A stretch of 63,996 bases of DNA, counting the filler, from Candidatus Hydrogenedentota bacterium (lineage in GTDB: Bacteria; JBFMHD01), in NCBI GenBank assembly GCA_040752395.1. It is 12 parts of 12 records of this genome, joined end to end, with 100 filler letters (N's around TTAATTAATTAA, not from the genome) between each part and the next. Parts side by side here need not be neighbours in the genome. Positions count along the whole stretch, not along the records: positions 17,798 to 36,972 come from JBFMHD010000023.1; positions 37,073 to 41,311 come from JBFMHD010000230.1; 10 more parts are not named here. One strand, 5' to 3'. Below the pieces are notes generated by a model. The model did no database searches. It was not told where the DNA came from and saw only the letters and a program-made list of their open reading frames with translations. This document shows positions 31,366 to 41,411 of the stretch, piece after piece. Every line of letters begins with the position of its first letter. Position 1 is the stretch's first letter. A program made the position numbers and the translations under genes.

Positions 31366-32379
31366 TCAAAACCCCATTGTTTTTTTTCGTGTTCGCAAAA
31401 GAAAGAGAAAAAATGGTACACCTAAAATCGCTGTTATGATTCCAACCGGCAGTTCAGTAGGTGAAATAATCCGTCTTGCAAAAGTATCCATCCATACAAG
31501 CAGAATGCCACCTGCGAAAGCTGATGCAGGAACCAGTATTCTGTGGTTCGGTCCCACAAACATCCGCATAATATGAGGTACAATAAGACCAACAAAACCT
31601 ATAACCCCTGAGACAGAAACAGCAGCAGCGGTTATAAGTGATGATAAAACAAGTATTATCTTGCGTGTGGTTTCAAGTTTGACACCAACATTCTGTGCCA
31701 CCTCTTCACCCAGCATAAGTGCATTCAGTTCACGGTTGAACAGATAAAGGATAAACGTACATGGTACTATTACTGAAAAAGATACCAGTACATTGTACCA
31801 GTCAGCTTTCCATAAACCGCCCATAAGCCAGAACACTATCTCCCGCAGATTGCTTTCAGAAGCATAATATTGTGTAAATGAGACCATTGCTGAGAAAAAA
31901 AGTGAGACAGCTATACCGGCAAGAAGTAATGTTTCCACAGGAACCTTGCCTTTCACCCGTGCGATGTAATAAACACAAAAAGCGGTTAATAATGAAAACA
32001 AAAATGCGCCAGGTACGATTAACAATCTGGTCCATCCAAAGATAATAATAACCGATGCACCGAAAGATGCACCTGAAGCTATGCCCACGATATATGGCCC
32101 TGCCATCGGATTCCTGAACATACTCTGCATAGCACACCCGCTAACAGCAAGCGCCATACCTACAAGTATGCCAAGTAGCACTCGTGGTATCCTTACGCTC
32201 ATAATAATTGCATATACATTGTGGTCCCATGTAATTGATACAGGTATCCCGAGTTTATAGAAAATTATCTTAAATATGTTTTTGCAGGAGATGTCTACCG
32301 GTCCCTGTATTAAGCTGAGTATTACCGTGAATACAAAAAGGATTAAAAGAAAAAACATTATCGAACTATTATTTTTCAT
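31366..32379 (-). CDS. FecCD/BtuC-family ABC permease
   Basis: RIPRVL, FRNPMAGP, GFVGLIVPH, ELPVGIITAILGVPFF. Confidence 0.92.
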   Translation of the reverse strand: MKNNSSIMFFLLILFVFTVILSLIQGPVDISCKNIFKIIFYKLGIPVSITWDHNVYAIIMSVRIPRVLLGILVGMALAVSGCAMQSMFRNPMAGPYIVGIASGASFGASVIIIFGWTRLLIVPGAFLFSLLTAFCVYYIARVKGKVPVETLLLAGIAVSLFFSAMVSFTQYYASESNLREIVFWLMGGLWKADWYNVLVSFSVIVPCTFILYLFNRELNALMLGEEVAQNVGVKLETTRKIILVLSSLITAAAVSVSGVIGFVGLIVPHIMRMFVGPNHRILVPASAFAGGILLVWMDTFARRIISPTELPVGIITAILGVPFFLFLLRTRKKTMGF

Positions 32380-33229
32380 TTTGAAATAATCCTGGGTGAA
32401 ACCATTGAGCGAACTGTTTGAGCCCCTCAATACATCTGGGTGAATAATTGGTAAAATACACAGGTGATTTATAGACTCTGTTGTTTTTAATGGCATTTAT
32501 GTTCTGCCAACCACTACGTGACCTCAGTTCTGAAACACTAACACCGTATTCTTCCACAATAATTACATCCGGGTTTTTTGAGATAATGTATTCATTACTT
32601 AGCACAGGAAAACTCACAGGTTCATTTGCAGCAATGTTTATACCACCTGCGTATGTAATAAGGTCGTGAGTCAATGAGCCACGTGCTCTGGTTCTACCAA
32701 GACTTCCTGCCTCGAAATAGACAAGCGGTTTTTTAGAAAGTTTTTCAACCTTGCTACAGATAAAATCTCTATCTTTCTCAATTAAACCTGCAATCTCTTC
32801 TGCTTCGGCTTCTTTATCAACAAGTTTACCAAGGTCTTTAACAAGCCGGATTACGTAATCAAGGGTGCAGGTTGAAACTACAAAAACCGGGATACCATGG
32901 TCCTTGAAAATCTTAGAGTTTGAACTATCGCATATAACAATATCAGGCTTAAGTCCGAGTATCAGTTCAAGATTGATACTGCCAAAAGGTCTGCCTACAG
33001 CGGTTTTTGATACTGCTTCCAACGGATACTGGCAGCTTGAACTTACACCTACCACTTTATTCCCGACACCAAGTAGAAAAAGTATCTCAGTTGCTGGATT
33101 AGAAAGAGAGACAATCCGCTGTGGCACATCAGGTTTTGAAAATGTAGGAGCAGGTTTATACTGTAATCTCCATATAATTAAAAATATAAAAATAATGAGA
33201 ATACATACCCCGATCAAAACCCTGCGCAT
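32369..33229 (-). CDS. BtuF-like periplasmic binding protein
   Basis: PQRIVSLS..TEILF.LG, E.I...KPD, NPDVII, AIKNNRVY. Confidence 0.88.
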   Translation of the reverse strand: MRRVLIGVCILIIFIFLIIWRLQYKPAPTFSKPDVPQRIVSLSNPATEILFLLGVGNKVVGVSSSCQYPLEAVSKTAVGRPFGSINLELILGLKPDIVICDSSNSKIFKDHGIPVFVVSTCTLDYVIRLVKDLGKLVDKEAEAEEIAGLIEKDRDFICSKVEKLSKKPLVYFEAGSLGRTRARGSLTHDLITYAGGINIAANEPVSFPVLSNEYIISKNPDVIIVEEYGVSVSELRSRSGWQNINAIKNNRVYKSPVYFTNYSPRCIEGLKQFAQWFHPGLFQNEK

Positions 33230-33249
33230 ACTACTTTCTCCTGTTATAT

Positions 33250-33351
33250 TAGTCCACAGTCCACGGTTCACGGTCTTACTGTGGGCTTTTTTCTTCTAGC
33301 TGCGGACTATGGTCTGTTGACCGTGGACTATGGACTGTGGACTGTGGACTA
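33250..33351. repeat. TAGTCCA...TGGACTA heptamer hairpin; its first unit supplies the receptor stop codon
   Basis: TAGTCCACAGTCCACGG ... TGGACTATGGACTGTGGACTGTGGACTA. Confidence 0.85.
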
Positions 33352-35643
33352 AAATGTGGTCTCCACATTCACGCCCCAGGTTCTGCCGCTCTGTTTATAG
33401 TATTCATAATACTCCTTGTCAGCAATATTGTCACAGCTGAGTGATACTTTTACATTTGGAATCGGCACATACCATAGTTTTGCATCAACAACCGATATCT
33501 TGTCATACGCACCGAACACTCCGGAAACAACATCAGAATTGTCGTCTTCATAATATATCTTGTCCCTATACCTGTATACAGTACAACAGCCGAATCGGCT
33601 GGTATTATAATCCAGCATAAGGTTGTATGAAACTTCTGGTATACAAGGAAGCTGTTTACCTACAATACCAGTATTATACGGATTTGAGGTTACTTTTGTT
33701 TTTGTTTGTGTATAGTTTCCAGACAGGGTCAAATTTTTCCCAAGTTTCTGCTCTATCTCCAGCTCAAAACCTGAAGACTCTGCTTTACCTATATTGTCTT
33801 TTTTTGTCATTTTAGCATTTACATTAACAGTATCATAACTCGTACCATAGTCTGCATTGATTGCAGTCACTTCGCTACTTGTCATCTGACGAGTGTAGAT
33901 ATAGTCCTTCATCCGGTTATCAAAATAACTCAATTTGACTGTAGTATTAACACCAGGCTGCCACTCAGTGCCTATATCAAATGCACGTACTTTTTCTGGT
34001 TCGAGGTCAGGGTTACCGCAGATGGCGTAAGTGGTATAGAACGTGCGTTTATACAAATCATAGCAAGATGGCGTATTGAACGCTGAACCATAAGAAGCCC
34101 TGAATATCAAATTGTTCGACGGCGTATATACAAGAGATAGCCTGGGTGAGATATCGTGTTCAGTGCGTGAGGTAAAAGATTTCTGAAGATAAGCACCGGA
34201 CTTCAAATATTTCTGAAACCCGTCATATGTCTCCCAATCATCGTATCTTGCACCGAGATAGACCGTGGTTTTTTTGTTCAGAATAAATTCGTCTAAAAGA
34301 AATAAACCATATAGTTTGGACTTGCCTTTATAATTATCTGATACCTCTGTCTTGCTATCCAGATTTTTCCAATCATTGAGATTCCATTTTTCACTATCAA
34401 GTTCATCTCTGCGCCAGTTGCCGCCGAAAGTTAAAAAATGTCTTTTATTTAACCGTAAATCAGTCTGGATATCCACAAGATAGATCCATTGAGGGTTCTC
34501 CATCACATAATCCGTACTGGTGGAATTATAAGCAAACCAATAAAACTGTTTACCATACCCGAGACTGAGTTTAATGTCTCCCCGTTTTAGTCCACTGTCC
34601 ACGGTCCATGGTCCACGGATACTTATATCTCTTTTTAAAGTAAGATTATACAAATGTGTTGGACAGCCACCGTAAGTAGAAGTAAAATATTCATCATATA
34701 TTGTAATCTTTTTTACAGTACCATTATCGTTAATATACGCGGTAGTATCACCCCATTCATCAGCACCATCGGAAATCCGTTTCAGATATGTGTGACCATT
34801 GCGGTAACCATACTCGTAATCAGTATAGATATAACTCAATGTTAGTTGAGTAATGTCACTCATATCATAACTCAGTTTAACATTGTATGCTTCATCCTCA
34901 TAATAATTGTCGCCCACATCACCCACAAGATATTTTTCGGCACCTGAGCTATCCTGGGTCTTTATCCATCCGGTAACACTTTCAACATTCCCCGCGGCAT
35001 TAGTAGCAGATACAGTATAGAAATTGTTTATATATCCGTCTATCTTTCTCAGTCTTGTTGAGAGAAAGAACCCAAGTCTATCTTTTTTTCCGCTTAACCC
35101 TCCATCAAGTAGTCTGGTATTATATGATTCATACCCAGTGCTCAGATGAACCTTCAATTTATCTTCAGGTATCTTTGTAATAATATTTACCACCCCGCCC
35201 ATAGCATTATCGCCGTATAGAACAGAATAAGGTCCACGAACAACTTCGATGCGGTCAATCTGTTCCATAGTTATGGGTATTCTTCGCCAGTCAATAACAG
35301 GCACACCGTCGACCAGGATAAGATTCCTGTTATATCCGTACAAACCTCGAATGTTGATGGTTGGCATAATATCCTGTGGTTTAGTTCTTTTATTAAACAC
35401 CCCTGGAGTTAGTCCTACAACCTGGTCAACAGATTTAACATTTATGCGTGAAATATCATCAGATGTTATCACTGTAACACTTGCTGGTGATTCCCTCACA
35501 GGTTTTTCTGTTCGGGTTGCAGTTACCACAATTTCTTCCAGTTCATAAACTTCAGGCTTTGTATCTTCGTTATACGAAAACACAATTGTCGGGTGAAAGA
35601 TGAACGTCAAACAAAAAATAAAAAGTACCGTAACTTTAGACAT
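33349..35643 (-). CDS. TonB-dependent outer-membrane receptor (BtuB-like)
   Basis: EEIVVTATR TonB box, IDRIEVVRGPYSVLYG..AMGGVVNIITK plug, GNPDLEPE, terminal F. Confidence 0.93.
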   Translation of the reverse strand: MSKVTVLFIFCLTFIFHPTIVFSYNEDTKPEVYELEEIVVTATRTEKPVRESPASVTVITSDDISRINVKSVDQVVGLTPGVFNKRTKPQDIMPTINIRGLYGYNRNLILVDGVPVIDWRRIPITMEQIDRIEVVRGPYSVLYGDNAMGGVVNIITKIPEDKLKVHLSTGYESYNTRLLDGGLSGKKDRLGFFLSTRLRKIDGYINNFYTVSATNAAGNVESVTGWIKTQDSSGAEKYLVGDVGDNYYEDEAYNVKLSYDMSDITQLTLSYIYTDYEYGYRNGHTYLKRISDGADEWGDTTAYINDNGTVKKITIYDEYFTSTYGGCPTHLYNLTLKRDISIRGPWTVDSGLKRGDIKLSLGYGKQFYWFAYNSTSTDYVMENPQWIYLVDIQTDLRLNKRHFLTFGGNWRRDELDSEKWNLNDWKNLDSKTEVSDNYKGKSKLYGLFLLDEFILNKKTTVYLGARYDDWETYDGFQKYLKSGAYLQKSFTSRTEHDISPRLSLVYTPSNNLIFRASYGSAFNTPSCYDLYKRTFYTTYAICGNPDLEPEKVRAFDIGTEWQPGVNTTVKLSYFDNRMKDYIYTRQMTSSEVTAINADYGTSYDTVNVNAKMTKKDNIGKAESSGFELEIEQKLGKNLTLSGNYTQTKTKVTSNPYNTGIVGKQLPCIPEVSYNLMLDYNTSRFGCCTVYRYRDKIYYEDDNSDVVSGVFGAYDKISVVDAKLWYVPIPNVKVSLSCDNIADKEYYEYYKQSGRTWGVNVETTF

Positions 35644-36060
35644 GTTAAAAAACCCTTCTTTAACTTGAGTTTTAGCTCATAAAAATATATCAATGGGTAC
35701 AGATGCATATCCTGTTTTTACCTCGTTCTCGACCCTCCACCACAAAATCAATAGATTTAACCAGAGTTAAAACTGAGTAACACATTTTTTATTTTTGTAA
35801 TATATGTCAATTGTGATGTCAATTAATATTTTTCAGAGACCTCTTTTTTAGCCACTTATTGTGATAACATTTCCCCGTGCTGCCACGTTTGCGGTTTTAA
35901 TAAAACCTGATTTTGACAGTTGAAAATATAACTACAATAAAATCAGTATAAAATTGCCAGTGAATTTTAGAAGTTTACACTACCGGCGGTATTTTTAGAA
36001 AAATTTGAAGAATCAAAACTTTTCATTGATTAGGGGACGGAGTTGACTTGGTTCACTTAA

Positions 36061-36100
36061 TGTAGTGCTCGCCGTTTGTCGAGACATTTTTTAGTAAATT
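36061..36100. repeat. 40-bp dispersed REP-like repeat
   Basis: Reverse complement of 17279-17318 with one mismatch. Confidence 0.8.
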
Positions 36101-36241
36101 AAAGATAGATAAAATTGATAATGATATCAAATTTTACGAGACAAAAAATTGAGTTTGAAACAAAGGTTTATGAGTTTGAGCAGGAAAATCTGCTCTGGGA
36201 GCGTAAATTACGAAAGTTCCGGCGCCAGATAAATATTTAAA

Positions 36242-36778
36242 TTACCATTTTGTAAGTACTTCATAAATAGGCCCATCTTGTGTCAGAGTACTTTTATAAA
36301 GAACTATTTCCGGGTTATTTATCCTGTCATTTAAAAAATAATCTTTTTTTGTTTCATAGTATTTGAGAAATTTGGCTATTTTCATTCTTATGGCAGGCTT
36401 GATTTTTAGTCTTCCAAGAGTTAAATGGGCTGTATAATCTATCTTTTCATTTTTTTCTAAATTTAAAAGAAACTCCGTCAACCAATTGTTCTCTTGAATT
36501 ACATCTACTATAAAAACTACTCTATCCCTTCTATCAAATCTACTTAGCTGAGTCAAAATTAGTTTTCCCCTTTTTATCCCTGGAGTAATATTATTTATCT
36601 TCAGTTTTATATTATTCAGTTCTTCATCACTTATTTCACCATAAAATTTTAATGTTATGTGAAGGTTCTCTAATTTGGTCCACCTGCATTCAGGTAATTT
36701 TATTTTAAACTCTTTAATTATTTCAGATGCTTTATTTCGTATATCCGGGGTTACTGGTACCCCTAAAAATACTCGCAT
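36242..36778 (-). CDS. thpR: RNA 2',3'-cyclic phosphodiesterase (2H family)
   Basis: NLHITLKF and AHLTLGR HxT motifs; S.LT..GPIY. Confidence 0.88.
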   Translation of the reverse strand: MRVFLGVPVTPDIRNKASEIIKEFKIKLPECRWTKLENLHITLKFYGEISDEELNNIKLKINNITPGIKRGKLILTQLSRFDRRDRVVFIVDVIQENNWLTEFLLNLEKNEKIDYTAHLTLGRLKIKPAIRMKIAKFLKYYETKKDYFLNDRINNPEIVLYKSTLTQDGPIYEVLTKW

Positions 36779-36837
36779 AGTTGTCTCTCATAATAGTTGT
36801 CTGTTTAGTTGCAAAAATATACACTTCCTTGCCGTAT

Positions 36838-36910
36838 CTTTCAATCTTTCAATCTTTGTGCCTTTGTGCCTCTGTGCTTCTTGCCTCTTGCTTCTAATAT
36901 ATCATCTCTT
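36838..36910. repeat. Short composite repeat copy
   Basis: CTTTCAAT, CTTTGTGC and TCTTGCC/TCTTGCT tandem units. Confidence 0.75.
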
Positions 36911-37168
36911 TTAATATTCGAAGGTGGCAGTGCCACAAACCAAACTTCTATATGATGGTTTTTGACGCAATGNNNNNNNNNNNNNNNNNNNNNNNNNNNN
37001 NNNNNNNNNNNNNNNNTTAATTAATTAANNNNNNNNNNNNNNNNNNNNNNNNNNNNNNNNNNNNNNNNNNNNTTGGCAACAAAATTTACGCTTCTTACGG
37101 CCATAGTTCGCTGCCTCTATATGGCATAGCAGTTTCCAGACGGCAGAATGGGTTAAGGCACTGCCTTA

Positions 37169-38338
37169 TTAGTAATCTTCGAAAGCATCGACCAATCTCT
37201 CATCAGGAACAACCGGTTGAACTATATAATATTCATCACTTTCTAAGAGATTTATAATCCTTCCTTTTTTAACCCTCTTATTATTTTCATCGAGAAGGAC
37301 TTTAACCACCGGTCTTATAGGTGAGACTTCATTTGAACCTACAACAAGACAGGTTTCACCTGTGTTAAGTTTAACAAAACTGCTTAGGGGGAATAATGAA
37401 ACAAATCGGACAAAAGATTTCATAACATCCGGGTCAAATATGAGATGAGCATTTCTGATAAGATGACTCATTATATCGTATGGCAGATACCTGCCTCTGA
37501 ATTTACGTTCAGAATTCATAGCATCAAAAACATCACATACAGCAACTATTTTTGCGTATAGATTTATTTTATCACCTTTCAATCCCTGTGGATAACCAGA
37601 ACCATCTATTCTTTCGTGGTGTTGATATACAATATTTATTATTTTAGGGTTAGTTATCCTCGAGGTCTGTAAGATGTCGTTACCGAATATAGGATGTTTT
37701 TTAATATGAAAAAACTGATTTTCATCGAGAATTTTATCTGAGTCCCAGATATCACGAGGTATCACGCACATACCTACATCGTGAAGTAAAGCACCCTCCC
37801 CTATTTCAAGAAGTTCTTCTCTTTTAAAACCCATAGTAATACCAATAAGTATACTTAAAACAGATACATTCAAAGAATGGGTATAAAGATAATTCTTATA
37901 CTTTTTTATATTAATCATAGCTACGAATATTTCTTTATTCTGCATAGCTTCATCAACAAGTTTTACAGTTACTTTTTTAATTTTTTCAACATTTATCTGT
38001 TCTCTTTTCTTTTCCTGTAGATTGGATAATATCTCTTCAGCAACTTTTAAAGCAGAACTATGTACTTCTCTAACAATTTTTTTACCTAACTCAACAGCAA
38101 CGGGTCTGTATTCAAAACCTTGAACTTTTTTAATGATTGATCTCTTTTTTAAATCACTAACAATTTTTACAAATCTTACGTTCCAGTTTAATAAATGATT
38201 AATTATATCTCTTGTAATAATCGAGCCTGCATCAATAAGAACAGTGCCATCGTTTGAGAATACAGTTTCAGCAACAATCATACCTTCTTTTAATTCAGGT
38301 ACATAAACGAGTTTATTATATGCGAGTTTATCTATCAT
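37169..38338 (-). CDS. HD-GYP domain phosphodiesterase
   Basis: HSLNV, LLHDVG, HHERIDGSGYPQG, DVFDAM. Confidence 0.92.
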   Translation of the reverse strand: MIDKLAYNKLVYVPELKEGMIVAETVFSNDGTVLIDAGSIITRDIINHLLNWNVRFVKIVSDLKKRSIIKKVQGFEYRPVAVELGKKIVREVHSSALKVAEEILSNLQEKKREQINVEKIKKVTVKLVDEAMQNKEIFVAMINIKKYKNYLYTHSLNVSVLSILIGITMGFKREELLEIGEGALLHDVGMCVIPRDIWDSDKILDENQFFHIKKHPIFGNDILQTSRITNPKIINIVYQHHERIDGSGYPQGLKGDKINLYAKIVAVCDVFDAMNSERKFRGRYLPYDIMSHLIRNAHLIFDPDVMKSFVRFVSLFPLSSFVKLNTGETCLVVGSNEVSPIRPVVKVLLDENNKRVKKGRIINLLESDEYYIVQPVVPDERLVDAFEDY

Positions 38339-38344
38339 TTTTAA

Positions 38345-38536
38345 TCACCTGTGATATTTCACAAAATTTTTAAAGGACCTGTCATATGTTTTTTCGCCTT
38401 CTTTAGTAAAAAGACAGCCTGGTATTTCACCCCTGTCACGATGGTTCTGAATGCATAGGCAACACATCCCACGATAATCACACCTATAAGTGCAGGTGCA
38501 GAAATCTATATTTTTTTCTTTTTGACATTCAATCAT
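38345..38536 (-). CDS. Small Cys-rich protein (DUF6485-like)
   Basis: C.CTY.C...G.CC.C..H...GEIPGC.F..E.E.TYDRS. Confidence 0.75.
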   Translation of the reverse strand: MIECQKEKNIDFCTCTYRCDYRGMCCLCIQNHRDRGEIPGCLFTKEGEKTYDRSFKNFVKYHR

Positions 38537-38543
38537 TATAAAC

Positions 38544-38690
38544 CTCCTCTGAAAAACGCTGTAACTCTAATGACATCAAGTAGAAGCAAGAAGCAAGATA
38601 ACGGAAGAAGTGAGAGGTATCAGGACAGGCTACAGGCTACGGACTACAAGCCGGCTGGAGCAAAAAGCCCGGAGCCTGAAAGCTAATATA
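38544..38690 (-). repeat. Composite repeat, SD-ending copy
   Basis: Minus strand ends TTAGAGTTACAGCGTTTTTCAGAGGAG directly before the start codon. Confidence 0.9.
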
Positions 38691-38700
38691 TCATCAAAAG

Positions 38701-39810
38701 TTAAAGAACATCACATGCTGCCAAAACATCCTTGATAGCAAGGTTTTCAACGACTCTATATCTGCCAATGTCTTCAAGCAAAACTAATCTTAATTTCCCA
38801 TCAATATTTTTTTTATCTTTTAATATTATATTCTTAAATAAAATTTTGTTAAGTTTTAATTTTAGTTTTACAGGCAACCCCATTTTTTTTATCAATTGAT
38901 AAATCCTGTTAAAACAATCATCATTTATATAACCAAGGCTTTTTGACAAATTAGAGGCTGCGATGATGCCAATGGCAACAGCCTCACCGTGCGAGATTCC
39001 TTTAAAATCTGTAAGTGATTCAAAGACATGAGCAAAAGAATGTCCAAGATTAAGGCTAACCCGTAAATTTTTCTTATCAAATTCATCTCTACTTACTATA
39101 TCAGCCTTAAATACGCAGCATCTCTTAATAATATATTCAACAGCGGTTAAATCTTTATTCAAAATTTTATTAAAATTAATATCAAGGTATTTAAAAAAAG
39201 ATTTATCAAAGCATAGAGCATATTTAATAACTTCTGCGAGCCCGTTTCTATATTCATCCATCGAGAGCGTTTTAAGAAATTGAGTATCTATAAAAACAAG
39301 TCTCGGTTGATAAAACGTACCAACCATATTTTTATATTTTTCGTAATTAACACCTGTTTTACCACCAACACTACAATCAACACAAGCAAGCAGTGTTGTA
39401 GGGAAATAGAGTAAATTAATACCACGTTTGTAAGAGGATGCAACAAAGCCTGTAATATCACCTATTACGCCGCCACCAAAAGCTAATATTGTGTCAATCT
39501 GTTTATTGATATTAAAAATAAAATCAAGTATTTTCTTATAATTCTCAAAAGATTTATGTCTTTCACCACGTTTTAAAAGATAAGTATTGATATTAAAACA
39601 TTTACACAGAGACTTACGTAATTTATCGCCCCATAGGGTATTAACATAGCTATCAGATATTAAAACAGCATTCTTACCCAGTCCTTTGCATTCATTATGA
39701 AGTATTTCGTTATCAAGATGATTAATGATTCTGGTCAATCGATTAAGGATATTAGAGCCAATAAAGATTTTATAAGACCTTTCCCCTAAATTAACAGCTA
39801 TTTTTTTCAA
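38701..39810 (-). CDS. aroB: 3-dehydroquinate synthase
   Basis: GGGVIGDITGF, PTTLLA.VD.SVGGKTG, LNLGHSFAH, HGEAVAIG. Confidence 0.95.
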   Translation of the reverse strand: MKKIAVNLGERSYKIFIGSNILNRLTRIINHLDNEILHNECKGLGKNAVLISDSYVNTLWGDKLRKSLCKCFNINTYLLKRGERHKSFENYKKILDFIFNINKQIDTILAFGGGVIGDITGFVASSYKRGINLLYFPTTLLACVDCSVGGKTGVNYEKYKNMVGTFYQPRLVFIDTQFLKTLSMDEYRNGLAEVIKYALCFDKSFFKYLDINFNKILNKDLTAVEYIIKRCCVFKADIVSRDEFDKKNLRVSLNLGHSFAHVFESLTDFKGISHGEAVAIGIIAASNLSKSLGYINDDCFNRIYQLIKKMGLPVKLKLKLNKILFKNIILKDKKNIDGKLRLVLLEDIGRYRVVENLAIKDVLAACDVL

Positions 39811-40133
39811 GCTTGTTCTTCCACCACGGCGAGTATAAACTTCAGGTCATCAATCAACTCATTTTTATTATATTTAGAAGCTGATTCTTTATCTTCTTTT
39901 ATTTTTTTTCTTGCACCCTGAATTGTAAATTCTTCTTCATATAGAAGATATTTAATTTTGTTTATAAGGTCTATGTCTTTTTTTCTATAGACTCGCTGAC
40001 CACCTTTATCTTTCTCTGGTCGTAGTTGTTGAAATTCAGTTTCCCAGTATCTGAGAACATAGGGTTTAATGCCTGTAATGTTCGATACTTCGCCTATCGA
40101 ATAAAAGAGTTTTTCATTTTTAAGTTGTTCCAT
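39807..40133 (-). CDS. MerR-family regulator (ihfA-associated type)
   Basis: KLFYSIGEVS..YVLRYWETEF..LLYEEEFTIQGA. Confidence 0.9.
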   Translation of the reverse strand: MEQLKNEKLFYSIGEVSNITGIKPYVLRYWETEFQQLRPEKDKGGQRVYRKKDIDLINKIKYLLYEEEFTIQGARKKIKEDKESASKYNKNELIDDLKFILAVVEEQA

Positions 40134-40138
40134 AGTAG

Positions 40139-40470
40139 CTCCTCTGAAAAACGTTGTAACTCTAATGATATCAAGTAGAAGCAAGAAGCAAGATAACGAA
40201 AGAAGTGAGAGGTGTCAGGACAGGCTACTGGCTACGGACTACAGCCGGTTGGAGCCCGAAGCCAAAAGCCTGCTGAAAAGTCTTGAGTCTCGAGTCTTGA
40301 GTCTTGAGTCTTGTTTTGACTCACGACTCTCGACTCCCGACCCCTAATATACCCCATCCCCTATGACCCATCCCCTAATATCCTTTGTGCCTTTGTACCT
40401 CTGTGCCTTTCCCTCCTGTCTTCTAATTTTGAATTTTGAATCTTGAATCTTTGACTCTTTGAATCTTTCT
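40139..40470 (-). repeat. Composite repeat, long SD-ending copy
   Basis: Nearly colinear with 62201-62515, including the CCCCTAA/CCCCAT module. Confidence 0.92.
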
Positions 40471-40478
40471 TTAAGTAA

Positions 40479-40775
40479 CTATTTTTGTTCTTTTGGTGTA
40501 CTATTTATAAGTTCCTGTTTAAGTTGACGTCCAAGTTTAAATCTTACAAGATATCGTGGTTTCAACATCAGGCTTTTACCTGTTTTAGGGTTTCTACCTT
40601 TGCGTGCGTTCGTCTTTTTTATATAAAATTTACCAAAATTAACTATGCGTACAGGTTCCATCCTTAGCAGTGATTCTTGTATTACCTGAAAAAAGACTTC
40701 ACAAGCTTTTTTTGCGTCTTCGTATTTTAAACCTGTGGACTCTTCTACGCGTTTAATTAAATCAGCTTTTGTCAT
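40479..40775 (-). CDS. IHF/HU DNA-binding protein (probably IHF alpha)
   Basis: MTKADL, NFGKF, RKGRNPKTG; adjacent MerR-type gene. Confidence 0.88.
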   Translation of the reverse strand: MTKADLIKRVEESTGLKYEDAKKACEVFFQVIQESLLRMEPVRIVNFGKFYIKKTNARKGRNPKTGKSLMLKPRYLVRFKLGRQLKQELINSTPKEQK

Positions 40776-40784
40776 CAGATATTC

Positions 40785-40875
40785 CTCCTCTGAAAAACGT
40801 TGTAACTCTAATAATATCAAATAGAAGCAAGAGGCAAGAGGCAAGAGGCAAGATAAACAAACATCTGGTTTTTCA
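40785..40875 (-). repeat. Composite repeat, SD-ending copy filling the gpsA-IHF spacer
   Basis: Starts at the gpsA stop (TGAAAAACCAGATG) and ends TTTTTCAGAGGAG. Confidence 0.9.
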
Positions 40876-41311
40876 TCCAAACTCGCTTTTTAATTCTCTT
40901 TTCATAAGTGAATAAAGAGATTTTGATGGTGGAGCGTTTTCATATAAAACTTTATAAACTTCTTCAGTAATAGGCATACTTAAATTCAATTCTCTGGCTT
41001 TAAGATAAACGCCTTTTACACAATAATAACCCTCCGCGACCATTTTCATTGATTGTATAACTTCCCTCGGTTTTCTACCTTTACCTATCTCTTCACCAAG
41101 ATATCTGTTTCTTGAATATTTGCTTGTTGCTGTTACCACAAGGTCACCGAGTCCGGATAAACCAAAAAATGTTTCTTTTTTTCCACCCATTGCCACACCA
41201 AAACCAACGAGTTCTTTAAGTCCCCGTGTTATCAATGCTGCTTTAGAATTATCACCAAACCCAAGTCCATCAGAAATACCACAAGCTATAGCAAGTATAT
41301 TCTTAACACCA
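40873..41311 (-). CDS. gpsA: NAD(P)H-dependent glycerol-3-phosphate dehydrogenase, C-terminal part
   Basis: KNILAIACG, GLSGLGDLVVT, SRNR, VAEG, MPITE. Confidence 0.93.
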
Positions 41312-41411
41312 NNNNNNNNNNNNNNNNNNNNNNNNNNNNNNNNNNNNNNNNNNNNTTAATTAATTAANNNNNNNNNNNNNNNNNNNNNNNNNNNNNNNNN
41401 NNNNNNNNNNN

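Noticed and set aside
36113-36133. Fur-box-like TGATAATGATATCA
   Set aside because: One base short of the 7-1-7 consensus, about 470 bp from the receptor start, in AT-rich DNA; too weak.
35644-36241. Cobalamin riboswitch upstream of the BtuB-like receptor
   Set aside because: Expected from context, but I could not find the conserved B12-box or GGGAA/GCCACTG elements by eye.
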